IMG/VR virus record: IMGVR_UViG_3300037692_000185
Coordinates: 1-46,204 of that record
Length of the DNA stretch: 46,204 nucleotides
Source: a virus
Lineage: Duplodnaviria > Caudoviricetes
Strand: one strand, 5' to 3'
Below the pieces are notes generated by a model. The model saw only the letters and a program-made list of their open reading frames with translations, did not search any database and had not been told where the DNA came from. The translations under genes were made by a program, and so were the position numbers. Each line of letters begins with the position of its first letter. Position 1 is the stretch's first letter. Of the stretch, positions 1-8,164 are shown piece after piece.

Positions 1-34
1 GGCGCAAATCTCTGCTAGTTTCAGCATGGTTTCT

Positions 35-80
35 GAGTCCGCATCAGGAGTCCGCATCAGGGGTCCGCAGGGGTCCGCAG
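35..80 (+). repeat. Four direct repeats of GTCCGCA upstream of terS (GAGTCCGCATCAG x2, then GGGTCCGCAG x2)
   Basis: GTCCGCA at 37, 50, 63 and 73 (spacing 13/13/10), between the genome end and the terS ATG at 85. Confidence 0.9.
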
Positions 81-84
81 TCGT

Positions 85-711
85 ATGAGCACACCGGCGT
101 CTGGCACCTCGTCGCTTCGTCAGCTCGCACGCCTGATCGGCGTGTCGGAGAAGGCCGTGCGCAAGGCCAAGGCTGCTGGTGTCTTCAGCCCTGAGTCCAT
201 GGGTCGCGAGGCCGGCGGCGCGCCCGTGGTCCTCGACCTGAACCTGGCGGTCAGGGAGTGGGAACGGAGCGGCCGGAAGTTGCGCGGGACGCGGCGGCCC
301 GTCGCGACAGAGCCGTCAGCTCAGAACTCACAACTCACAGCTTCGGACGTGCCCGCGCTCGGTGACGACGGCGCCGAGCTGGACGACGAGGCCGACGCCG
401 GCGAGCTGCCCGTGGGGTTGCCGGCGTCGCTCGTGGACGCGCAGCGCATCACGATGATCGAGCGCGCGCGGAAGCTCCGGCTCGAGAACGATCTCCGGGA
501 GGGCCAGCTGCTCGAGCTCGCGGCCGCGACGCGCGAAGCGTTCGAGTTCGCCCGGGTGCTGCGCGAGTCGGTTCTGAACATCCCAGCCAGGCTGTCGGCC
601 GAGCTCGCCGCGGAGCCGGACGCTGGGCGCGTCTACTTGCGCCTGGACGGCGCGTTGCGTGAGGCGCTCGAAGCCACCGCAACCACGCTGGAAGCGGCGG
701 TTAATGGGTAG
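85..711 (+). CDS. terS: Terminase small subunit (Nu1-like)
   Basis: N-terminal HTH (LRQLARLIGVSEKAVRKA) and a C-terminal Nu1-like coiled segment (ARKLRLENDLREGQLL...LNIPARLSAELAAE). First gene after the putative cos. Confidence 0.88.
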   Translation: MSTPASGTSSLRQLARLIGVSEKAVRKAKAAGVFSPESMGREAGGAPVVLDLNLAVREWERSGRKLRGTRRPVATEPSAQNSQLTASDVPALGDDGAELDDEADAGELPVGLPASLVDAQRITMIERARKLRLENDLREGQLLELAAATREAFEFARVLRESVLNIPARLSAELAAEPDAGRVYLRLDGALREALEATATTLEAAVNG

Positions 712-718
712 AGGAGGA

Positions 719-1360
719 ATGCGCGTGGAGAATTCTCGTGAACGGCTTGTGCGGCATGTGCAGGAGTTGGAACGCTTGGAGGAGGAGAAGCGAGATGCGG
801 CTGCTGCACTGGCGGATCGCTTCAAGGCTGCCAAAGCTGAAGGCTACGACACGACGACGCTGAAGGTTGTACTGAAGCTGCGCAGGATGACACCTGGCCA
901 GCGACAGGAACGACGGGCGCTCGAAGCGATCTACATGGCCGCGCTCGGTATGCTCGAGGGCGACCCGTTGCCTGACGAGGCGCGGCGCCGGCTCGACCCG
1001 GAACCTCCCAAAGAAGAGTCCAGCCAGCCGCCCCGTGGGCCGAGCCGCGCGCCGCAGGAGGAGGCTGCGCCCCAGCCGCCCCTTGTGGAGCAGCCGCCGC
1101 TCATCCAGAAGGATCCAGCCGACGCGCGCCAAGAGGGCGCCGCCGCGGCGTCCGCAGGGAAGCGGATCTACGACAACCCTTACCAGGCTGGCGATCCGTG
1201 TCGTGCTGCCTTGGACGAGGGCTGGTGCAGTCAGCGCAATTCAAACGGGATGGACGTGCCGAAGGCATTCCAGCGACGCGACGCGTTGCCGCCGGCGAAG
1301 AAGCAAGACGACGACAAGGATCGCGGCCAAGGCGGTGACGTCGAGCGAGGTGCCGCCTGA
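719..1360 (+). CDS. GapR/DUF2312-family DNA-binding protein with Pro-rich linker and C-terminal Rmf-like motif
   Basis: N-terminus LERLEEEKRDAAAALADRFKAAKAEGYDTTTLKVVLKLRRM...YMAALGM matches the DUF2312 pattern. C-terminus has EGAAAASAGKRIYDNPY...RAALDEGW. SD GAGGAGG at 711-717. Confidence 0.8.
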   Translation: MRVENSRERLVRHVQELERLEEEKRDAAAALADRFKAAKAEGYDTTTLKVVLKLRRMTPGQRQERRALEAIYMAALGMLEGDPLPDEARRRLDPEPPKEESSQPPRGPSRAPQEEAAPQPPLVEQPPLIQKDPADARQEGAAAASAGKRIYDNPYQAGDPCRAALDEGWCSQRNSNGMDVPKAFQRRDALPPAKKQDDDKDRGQGGDVERGAA

Positions 1361-2256
1361 TGGACGATATGGTCCGACAGGCGCTGGCCGACCTTGAGGC
1401 GTTCGCGGACATCCTCTACCCAAGCGACGTCGATGAGCCGATTCTCGCACCCAGCGTGGCGCACGCCGTCCACGAATGGCTGGTCGAGCTTAATTACGCG
1501 TCCGAGCTGGCGGCCGTCAGTGTGCAGCCACGGCGGATGGCGCTCCTCTACGGCCCGCCGGGCACGGGCAAGACCACGCTCGCGCATCATCTAGCCGCGC
1601 GACTGGGCCTCCCACTCGTCGCGGTTCAGTCCGAGCGGATCGTCGGTAAGTACCTCGGGGAGACCGGCACTAACCTTGGGCGGCTGTTTAAGATCCTGAA
1701 GGGGATCGAACAGCACTGCGTTCTCTTGCTGGACGAGTTCGACGCCCTCGGCGCGACGCGGACGCGCGAAGAGGGCGGCGGCGCCACGGCCGAGATGAAT
1801 CGCGCGCTGACCACGCTGCTGCAGAAGATTGAGACGTACGGCGGCATCGGCGCGGCGGCGACGAACACGAAGGATGCTGTTGACCCTGCGATGTGGCGCC
1901 GGTTCGGGTTGCAGATTTCCGTCGACCTGCCAGGTGAAGTCGAACGCTTCGCCATCATCCGTAAGTATGCGCTCCCCTTCGATCTGGAGGACGAGGCGAT
2001 CGATCTTCTGGTTGTGGCGACGCGCGGCTGCAGCCCTAGCCTACTGCGGCAGTTGATGGAGGGCATGAAGCGCACGCTCGTGCTGGCGCCGCGTCTGAGT
2101 CTCGACGTCAGTCGGCCGGGCGTGGTATTCGCGCACATCGTCGCCTCGATCGCGCCGCCGCCGGAGATGGCGCAGCCACCACTCTGGGCGAATACGCGCG
2201 CGGCGATGGAAGAGATCGATCGCATCTCGTGGCCCCCCACGCGCGGGCACTCGTGA
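1360..2256 (+). CDS. AAA+ family ATPase
   Basis: Walker A GPPGTGKT, pore loop GKYLGET, Walker B LLLDEFD, sensor AATN, Arg finger DPAMWRRF. Start overlaps the upstream stop. Confidence 0.93.
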   Translation: MDDMVRQALADLEAFADILYPSDVDEPILAPSVAHAVHEWLVELNYASELAAVSVQPRRMALLYGPPGTGKTTLAHHLAARLGLPLVAVQSERIVGKYLGETGTNLGRLFKILKGIEQHCVLLLDEFDALGATRTREEGGGATAEMNRALTTLLQKIETYGGIGAAATNTKDAVDPAMWRRFGLQISVDLPGEVERFAIIRKYALPFDLEDEAIDLLVVATRGCSPSLLRQLMEGMKRTLVLAPRLSLDVSRPGVVFAHIVASIAPPPEMAQPPLWANTRAAMEEIDRISWPPTRGHS

Positions 2257-2275
2257 CCGCTTAGGGAGGGAAGCG

Positions 2276-2725
2276 ATGGATCTGCAAAACTGGCTGATTT
2301 TCGACGAGCGCAGCGAATGCTACTGGGGGCCGAATCGTCGCGGCTACTTCAAGAGCATCGCGGACGCAGGGCTCTACACGGAAACGGAAGCGAAGGCGGC
2401 GGAAGACTTCGCGCGCCGTTTCGGACGGCATGAGGTTGCGAGGTCGCTCAGCGAGTTCCGCGATCCGATCCTGCGGTTGTCCGTCGCGCTTGAGGATGGC
2501 TTTCGGCTCTGCACACGGTGCGGGTGCGCGACTGTCGGAACGTGGCCATCGAATGATCTGCGCCGTGCGTTCGTGGCGGGCGCGCAGTGGTGGGAGTACA
2601 CGAGTCAAGGTGCCACGATGTGGGGCACCGACCGGAATAAAGCTGAGGACGAAGCCGAGCGGCGCTATCCGAATGGGGTCGCTCCCAGCCCAGCGCGCGA
2701 CGCTAAAGAGGAGGAGGCCCCTTGA
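2276..2725 (+). CDS. Hypothetical phage protein (contains CxxC)
   Basis: 149-aa ORF with a GGGAGG SD, in the operon. Confidence 0.65.
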   Translation: MDLQNWLIFDERSECYWGPNRRGYFKSIADAGLYTETEAKAAEDFARRFGRHEVARSLSEFRDPILRLSVALEDGFRLCTRCGCATVGTWPSNDLRRAFVAGAQWWEYTSQGATMWGTDRNKAEDEAERRYPNGVAPSPARDAKEEEAP

Positions 2726-3222
2726 CTCACGGCGAACTCGTTGCGGTCGCTGTCAACTGGCTGCGGAATTCTCGCGGGTGTGGCGTTGTCCTGTCGGAGC
2801 GCGGGACACACGAAATCCCAGACGCCATCGGTTGGGGGAAGCTCACGATCGTCGTCGAGGTGAAGGTGACGCGCGCCGATTTCCTGGCCGACCTAAGGAA
2901 GTCTCACCGCAACGGACCAGCCGCGTTCGGCCGCGAACGCTGGTATCTCACGCCGAAGGGTCTGCTTGCCTGTGAGACCATCCCAGCGCCGTGGGGGCTG
3001 CTCGAATGGAACGGCCGCGTGTGTCGCAGGATCGTGCTGCCAACGGTCCTGCCGGATTGCTTGGAGTCCGTCGAACACGAGCGCCGATTGCTGCTCGGAG
3101 AACTCCGGGCGTACCACGCGCAAGGCATCACCTACAAGCGCGGCGCGGCGCGATGGAATTTGCCCACTGATGGCACGGCGCGCGCGCCGCTCCAAGGACC
3201 TCAAGAGGTAGGGCTGTTATGA
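2722..3222 (+). CDS. PD-(D/E)XK nuclease-like protein (MmcB-like)
   Basis: EIPDAIGW...VEVKVTRADFLADLRK...RWYLTPKGLL...WGLLE. TTG start overlaps the upstream stop; SD GAGGAGG. Confidence 0.7.
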   Translation: MTHGELVAVAVNWLRNSRGCGVVLSERGTHEIPDAIGWGKLTIVVEVKVTRADFLADLRKSHRNGPAAFGRERWYLTPKGLLACETIPAPWGLLEWNGRVCRRIVLPTVLPDCLESVEHERRLLLGELRAYHAQGITYKRGAARWNLPTDGTARAPLQGPQEVGLL

Positions 3223-3701
3223 AAGCGCTCTCGCTTATCCAGCCGTGGGCGACGCTCATCGCGATCGGCGCGAAGCGCATTGAGACGCGCAGCTGGCCGA
3301 CCGACTACCGCGGCCCACTGGCGATCCACGCGTCGAAATGGCTCGGCACCGATGGGCGTGTCGTCAGCGCGCACGTGGCCGACTGTTTGTCGTGCTGCCA
3401 TGAGGAGCCGTACCGGACGGCGCTGACACGGTCGGGGATCGAGTCGGTTCGGGACCTCCCCTCTGGCGCGCTCGTCGCCACCGTGCGCCTGGTTGGCGTG
3501 TTGCGCACCGATTCCTCGCTCCTCCGGGTGGACTTCGAGGAGCGCGAGTTCGGCGACTACTCGCCCGGCCGCTACGCTTGGCTCCTCGCCGACGTGCGTC
3601 CTCTACCGACGCCGATTCCGTTCCGGGGAATGCCTGGGCTCTGGGAGTTCCCCGACGCCGCCCTGACTGTGCAGACGTCTGCACTCCCGAAGGAGACCTG
3701 A
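3219..3701 (+). CDS. ASCH domain protein
   Basis: MKALSLIQPWATLIAIGAKRIETRSW.T.YRGPLAIHAS and C-terminal PIPFRGMPGLW are typical ASCH motifs. Confidence 0.92.
   Translation: MKALSLIQPWATLIAIGAKRIETRSWPTDYRGPLAIHASKWLGTDGRVVSAHVADCLSCCHEEPYRTALTRSGIESVRDLPSGALVATVRLVGVLRTDSSLLRVDFEEREFGDYSPGRYAWLLADVRPLPTPIPFRGMPGLWEFPDAALTVQTSALPKET
3669..3684. repeat. 16-bp palindrome GTGCAGACGTCTGCAC, copy 1
   Basis: Exact copy in the last codons of the ASCH gene, about 120 bp before terL. Confidence 0.95.
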
Positions 3702-3802
3702 TCGAGATACCACAGGGGCACGGCGCGCGAGCGACCGACAAAGCCGGGATGCTTCCGTAATCGAGCAAGTGGTAAAGCTGCTCGCGTGCCCCGCCCACGT
3801 TG

Positions 3803-5806
3803 ATGTTCACCATCCTTCCCACCGCCCCGGCCGCCCCTGAACCGCCCCCGCCTCGCGCGGTCGCCGCGCTGCGCCAGGCGTACATCGCGGGCATCCGTCC
3901 CGACACCCAACAGACCGTGTCCGAGTGGGCCGACGCGCATCGGCGGCTGCCGAAGAAGGCGGCCGCGGAGCCGGGGCCCTGGCGCACGGACCGCACGCCG
4001 TATCTGCGCGAGATTATGGACTGCCTTTCAACCACGTCCGAGGTTGAGGAGGTGGTGTTCATGAAGGCCAGCCAGGTCGGCGGCTCCGAGACTATCCTGA
4101 ATGCGCTGGGCTACATCATCGACCACGCGCCCGGGCCCGCCATCCTGGTGCAGCCGACCGTCGACCTGGCGAAGCGCTTCAGCCGGCAGCGGCTCGACCC
4201 GCTCATCACCGACACGCCGCGACTGGCGAAGAAGGTTGCCGAGGCGCGCCGCCGCGACAGCGGGAACACGATGCTGTCGAAGGAATTTCCCGGCGGCCAG
4301 TTGATCGTGACGGGCGCGAACAGCGCGGTCGGCCTGCGCTCGATGCCGGCGTTGTATGCGTTCCTCGACGAGATCGACGGCTACCCGGGCGACGTCGACG
4401 AGGAGGGGTCGCCGATCGAGCTCGTCGAGGCGCGCCAGCGCACCTTCGCGCGGCGGAAGCGCATCAAGGTTTCGACGCCGACGATCGAGTCTCGGTCGGC
4501 GATCGAGGCCGCCTATCAAGGATCCGACCAGCGGCGCTTCTACGTGCCGTGCCCGCACTGCGGCGAGATGCAGCCGCTCGTCTTCGCGCGCCTGGTGTGG
4601 ACCGATCTCCTGCTGCCGCCCGAGCAGGCCGTCTACAAATGCCGCGCGTGCGAGCAGCCCATCCAGAACCACCAGAAGACGCAGATGCTGGCCGCCGGCG
4701 CATGGCGGCCGGAACGGCCGGAGCACGTCTCGGCGAAGATCCGCGGCTATCACCTGAACGCGCTCTATGCGCCGGTCGGCTGGATGTCCTGGGGCGAGAT
4801 CGCGGTGATGTTCGTGCGGGGGCACCGCAATCCCGAGAAGCACCGCGTGTTCGTCAACACGGTGCTCGGGGAGTCGTGGAACGCGAGTGGCGGCGAGGCG
4901 CCGGCGTGGGAAGTGATTCAGCGTCGCCGCGAGACCTACGCGATCGGCTCGGTCCCGGCGGGCGTGCTGCTGCTCACGGCTGGCTGCGACGTGCAGAAGG
5001 ACCGCATCGTCTACGAGGTGGTAGGGTGGGGGCGCGGGAAGCGGTCCTGGTCGATCGACTACGGCGAGCTGCCGGGTGACACGGCGGACCTCGAGCGCGG
5101 GCCCTGGGGCCAGGTGGACGCGCTGCTTGCCCGCAGCTACGCGCACGCCGGCGGCGTCGAGATGCCGATCCGGATGCTGGCGATCGACTCCGGCTACAAC
5201 ACGCAGCACGTGTACGACTGGGCTCGCCGGTACCCGATGAACCGGGTGATCGCCGTGAAGGGCCGCGACGACGGCGGCGCGCTCCTTGGCTCGCCGAGCC
5301 CCGTCGAGGTGTCCGACCGGGGACGGAAGCTAAAACGCGGGTACCGAGTGTGGCCGGTGTGCGGCTCGATCGCGAAGTCGGAGCTGTATGGCTGGCTCCG
5401 TCTCGAGATCCTGCCGGAACGCGGCGAGCCGGCCGGCTACTGTCACTTCCCCGAGTACGCCGACGAGTACTTCCGCCAGCTCACGGCGGAGCAGCTCGTC
5501 GCGCACAAGACGGCGAAGGGGTTCGTGCGCCTGACGTGGGAGTTGATCCCGGGCCGGCAGAATCACGTCCTGGACGCGCGGGTGTATGCGCGGGCCGCGG
5601 CGGCGCTCGCGGGGCTCGATCGCTTCAACGAGTCGGACTGGAAAGCGCGCGAGCGCATGCTGGGGGTGTCCGTCGTGGTCGCCGAGCCGGCGGTCGTACC
5701 GGCGGCGCTGCCGCCCGTGGGTCCTGGCGCGGCGCCGGCGCGGACGCCTGGGGGGTGGCTGGGGCAGCGGCCACGTGGAAATTGGTTGCGTGGGCCCCGT
5801 GGCTGA
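3803..5806 (+). CDS. terL: Terminase large subunit, lambda gpA family
   Basis: TVSEWAD, RTPYLREIMD, Walker-like KASQVGGSE, FLDEIDGYP, STPT, zinc motif VPCPHCG...C..C, AGCDVQKDR, NHVLDARVYARAA. Start is 3800 (TTG) or 3803 (ATG). Confidence 0.97.
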   Translation: MFTILPTAPAAPEPPPPRAVAALRQAYIAGIRPDTQQTVSEWADAHRRLPKKAAAEPGPWRTDRTPYLREIMDCLSTTSEVEEVVFMKASQVGGSETILNALGYIIDHAPGPAILVQPTVDLAKRFSRQRLDPLITDTPRLAKKVAEARRRDSGNTMLSKEFPGGQLIVTGANSAVGLRSMPALYAFLDEIDGYPGDVDEEGSPIELVEARQRTFARRKRIKVSTPTIESRSAIEAAYQGSDQRRFYVPCPHCGEMQPLVFARLVWTDLLLPPEQAVYKCRACEQPIQNHQKTQMLAAGAWRPERPEHVSAKIRGYHLNALYAPVGWMSWGEIAVMFVRGHRNPEKHRVFVNTVLGESWNASGGEAPAWEVIQRRRETYAIGSVPAGVLLLTAGCDVQKDRIVYEVVGWGRGKRSWSIDYGELPGDTADLERGPWGQVDALLARSYAHAGGVEMPIRMLAIDSGYNTQHVYDWARRYPMNRVIAVKGRDDGGALLGSPSPVEVSDRGRKLKRGYRVWPVCGSIAKSELYGWLRLEILPERGEPAGYCHFPEYADEYFRQLTAEQLVAHKTAKGFVRLTWELIPGRQNHVLDARVYARAAAALAGLDRFNESDWKARERMLGVSVVVAEPAVVPAALPPVGPGAAPARTPGGWLGQRPRGNWLRGPRG

Positions 5807-5984
5807 CGCCCCGACGCGTGTCTCTGTGTCTGCAGCCTCGGCGCGCGAGGTATTGGCGGACGAATGCCAGAAGTGCGGCGGGGATTCGCGCGTTTTGCGC
5901 GTGCGTCGTCGTCCGTCGGTGCGGCGGCGGCGCGAGTGTGTGGCGTGCGGGTTTCGGTGGACCACGCGCGAACGAAACGACTAG
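5799..5984 (+). CDS. Small zinc-ribbon protein (NrdR N-terminal/Ogr-like), possible transcription regulator
   Basis: CQKCGGDSRV...RRRRECVACGFRWTTRE. GTG start inferred from overlap with the terL stop. Confidence 0.7.
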   Translation: MADAPTRVSVSAASAREVLADECQKCGGDSRVLRVRRRPSVRRRRECVACGFRWTTRERND

Positions 5985-6074
5985 GCACTATATATGGTGC
6001 CTTCACGGCTACGCGGCGCGGATATTCTGTGAGCGCATTCTGTGAATCGTCACCGGCGCGGAGTCTTGATGTAA

Positions 6075-6281
6075 ATGGCCTACACGCAAGCCGACCTCGA
6101 CGCGCTCGACGCGGAGATCGACACGATCCGATCGGTCAAGGCGATGTCGTTTGGCGATCAGTCCACGACCTTCCGCGATCTTGACGAGCTCTATCGCGAG
6201 CGCGAGCGCATCGCGCGCGCGATCAGTGCCGCGGCCGGCCGATCGACGACCCGCTACGCGGTCACCAACAAAGGCGTCTGA
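6075..6281 (+). CDS. gpW-like head-tail joining/head completion protein
   Basis: 68 aa, MAYTQADLDAL...SFGDQSTTFRDLDEL; directly upstream of the portal gene. Confidence 0.85.
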   Translation: MAYTQADLDALDAEIDTIRSVKAMSFGDQSTTFRDLDELYRERERIARAISAAAGRSTTRYAVTNKGV

Positions 6282-7897
6282 TGGTGCCAGCCTCCCAGTC
6301 CTGGATCGATCGCACCCTCGGCAACGTGGCGCCACGCTGGCAGTTGCAGCGGGTGCGGGCCCGCATCGCGAGCGAGCTGGTACAACGGCACTACGAAGGT
6401 GCGTCGACGGGCCGTCGGACGCAGACATGGAACCGTGCCTCCGGAGATGCGAACAGTGTGCACGGGGGCGCGACCCTGGCGCGCCTGCGCGAAGTCGCAC
6501 GGGACCTGGTGCGCAATAACCCGTACGCGGCGTCGGCCGTCGCCACGATCGCCGACCACGTCGTCGGGTGGGGCATTACCGCGAAGCCGTTGCCGGCGAG
6601 CCCGGCGATCGCGGCGCGCTGGAACGCGTGGGCGGGCACGACCGCGTGTGATGCCGACGGCCGCCATGACCTGGCGGGCCTCGAGAAGCTGGTCGTGCGA
6701 TCGGTCGTCGAATCGGGCGAGGTCCTGGTGCGTCGGCGGATCCGTCGTCTCGAGGACGGCCTCCCAATCCCGATACAGCTGCAAGTGCTCGAAGCTGACT
6801 TTCTTGACACGTCGAAGTCGCGGCCATTGCCGGGCGGCGGGAAGATCGTCCAAGGCGTCGAGTACAACGCGCTCGGCGCGCGGGTGGCGTACTGGCTCTA
6901 CCCCGAGCACCCCGGCGCGTCACTGACGTCGGCGAGCGCGCTATTTTCGCCGTCGCGCCGGATCCCGGCGAGCGATGTGCAGCACGTCTTCGACGCGCGG
7001 CGGCCCGGCCAGGTGCGGGCGGCTTCCTGGTTCTCGCCGGTCCTTCTCCGGATGAAGGATTTCGACGAGTACGAGGACGCGACGTTGATGAAGCAGAAGA
7101 TCGCGGCGTGCCTGTGTGTTATCACCAGCGACGTCGATGGGACGTCGGCGCCGCTCGGCACGGCCGACGATACGGTCTCCCCGGCGACCGATACGATTGA
7201 GCCGGGCGCGTTGATCAACGCGCCGGCCGGCAGGTCGATGGAGGTGGTCCAGCCGCCGACAGTGCGGGAGTACGGTGACTACTGCTCGGTGACCCTGCGC
7301 GCGATCGCGGCCGGTCTCGGCCTGACGTACGAGGACCTGACGGGCGACTACACCGACCTGCCGTTCTCGGCGGCGCGGATGTCGCGGCTGCGCCACTGGG
7401 CGCGGGTCGAGGACTGGCGCTGGCGGATGGTCATTCCGCAGTTCTGCGGTCCGGTGTGGGGCTGGGCGATGCAGGCGCTCGTCATTCAGGGTGACGTGAC
7501 GACTCCGCCTGTGGCGCGATGGTCGGCGCCGCCGGCGCCGATGATCGACCCGGCGGCCGAAGGGTTAGCCTATCAGCGCAACGTCCGCACGGGCATCCAG
7601 AGCCTGTCTGAGGCGATCCGTGAGCGGGGGTATGACCCTGACGAGCTGCTCGAGGAGATGGCCGGCGACAACATGAAGCTCGACGCGTTGAAGCTGGTGC
7701 TCGACAGCGACCCGCGGCGCATGACGCAAGCCGGCCAGGCGCAGGCGCTGGCGACGCTTGATAATGGGACGCGATCGGAGTTTGGGCGGACGCTCGACCG
7801 GTTTGCCGCCTTCCTCTCGAGTTTACCTGACGACAAGGCGGTCGATATATTTGCGGCGATGTTCGGCGAGCGGAAGCCGCGGAGTGATGGCGAATGA
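6281..7897 (+). CDS. Portal protein, lambda family
   Basis: YEGASTGRR, ARDLVRNNPYA, LQVLEADFLD, RPGQVR, IAAGLGLTYEDLTGD, SLSEAIRERGYDP. Confidence 0.96.
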   Translation: MVPASQSWIDRTLGNVAPRWQLQRVRARIASELVQRHYEGASTGRRTQTWNRASGDANSVHGGATLARLREVARDLVRNNPYAASAVATIADHVVGWGITAKPLPASPAIAARWNAWAGTTACDADGRHDLAGLEKLVVRSVVESGEVLVRRRIRRLEDGLPIPIQLQVLEADFLDTSKSRPLPGGGKIVQGVEYNALGARVAYWLYPEHPGASLTSASALFSPSRRIPASDVQHVFDARRPGQVRAASWFSPVLLRMKDFDEYEDATLMKQKIAACLCVITSDVDGTSAPLGTADDTVSPATDTIEPGALINAPAGRSMEVVQPPTVREYGDYCSVTLRAIAAGLGLTYEDLTGDYTDLPFSAARMSRLRHWARVEDWRWRMVIPQFCGPVWGWAMQALVIQGDVTTPPVARWSAPPAPMIDPAAEGLAYQRNVRTGIQSLSEAIRERGYDPDELLEEMAGDNMKLDALKLVLDSDPRRMTQAGQAQALATLDNGTRSEFGRTLDRFAAFLSSLPDDKAVDIFAAMFGERKPRSDGE

Positions 7898-8109
7898 TCG
7901 AGCGCGACCACCGCGCCGTCTTTTCGGAGCAGCTCCGGCAGCGGCGCCGCGGGCGGCCGCGGTGCGCGGCGCCGAAGGTCCGATTGAGTGTCCGCGTCCC
8001 GCAGGATGTCTTCGACTCGCTCTGTGGCCTGGCGTCCGAGCGGCGCGCGCCCCTGCACGCATTTGTTGAGCAGGCCCTCACCTCCCGCGCGCGTGATCCG
8101 CGCGTCTGA
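7894..8109 (+). CDS. Small ribbon-helix-helix / BrnA-like DNA-binding protein
   Basis: RGRP AT-hook-like motif, then PKVRLSVRVPQDVFDSL..LA; ATGA overlap with the portal stop. Confidence 0.65.
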   Translation: MIERDHRAVFSEQLRQRRRGRPRCAAPKVRLSVRVPQDVFDSLCGLASERRAPLHAFVEQALTSRARDPRV

Positions 8110-8164
8110 TTTTTCGTCCTAAAAAAATACGAATCGGCCGCGGCTCTGCGATGCTGCGATTGTT

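Noticed and set aside
1360-2256. ATPase read as the ParA partner of ParB
   Set aside because: It has classical AAA+ motifs (GPPGTGKT, SRH), not the deviant Walker A KGGxGKT of ParA.
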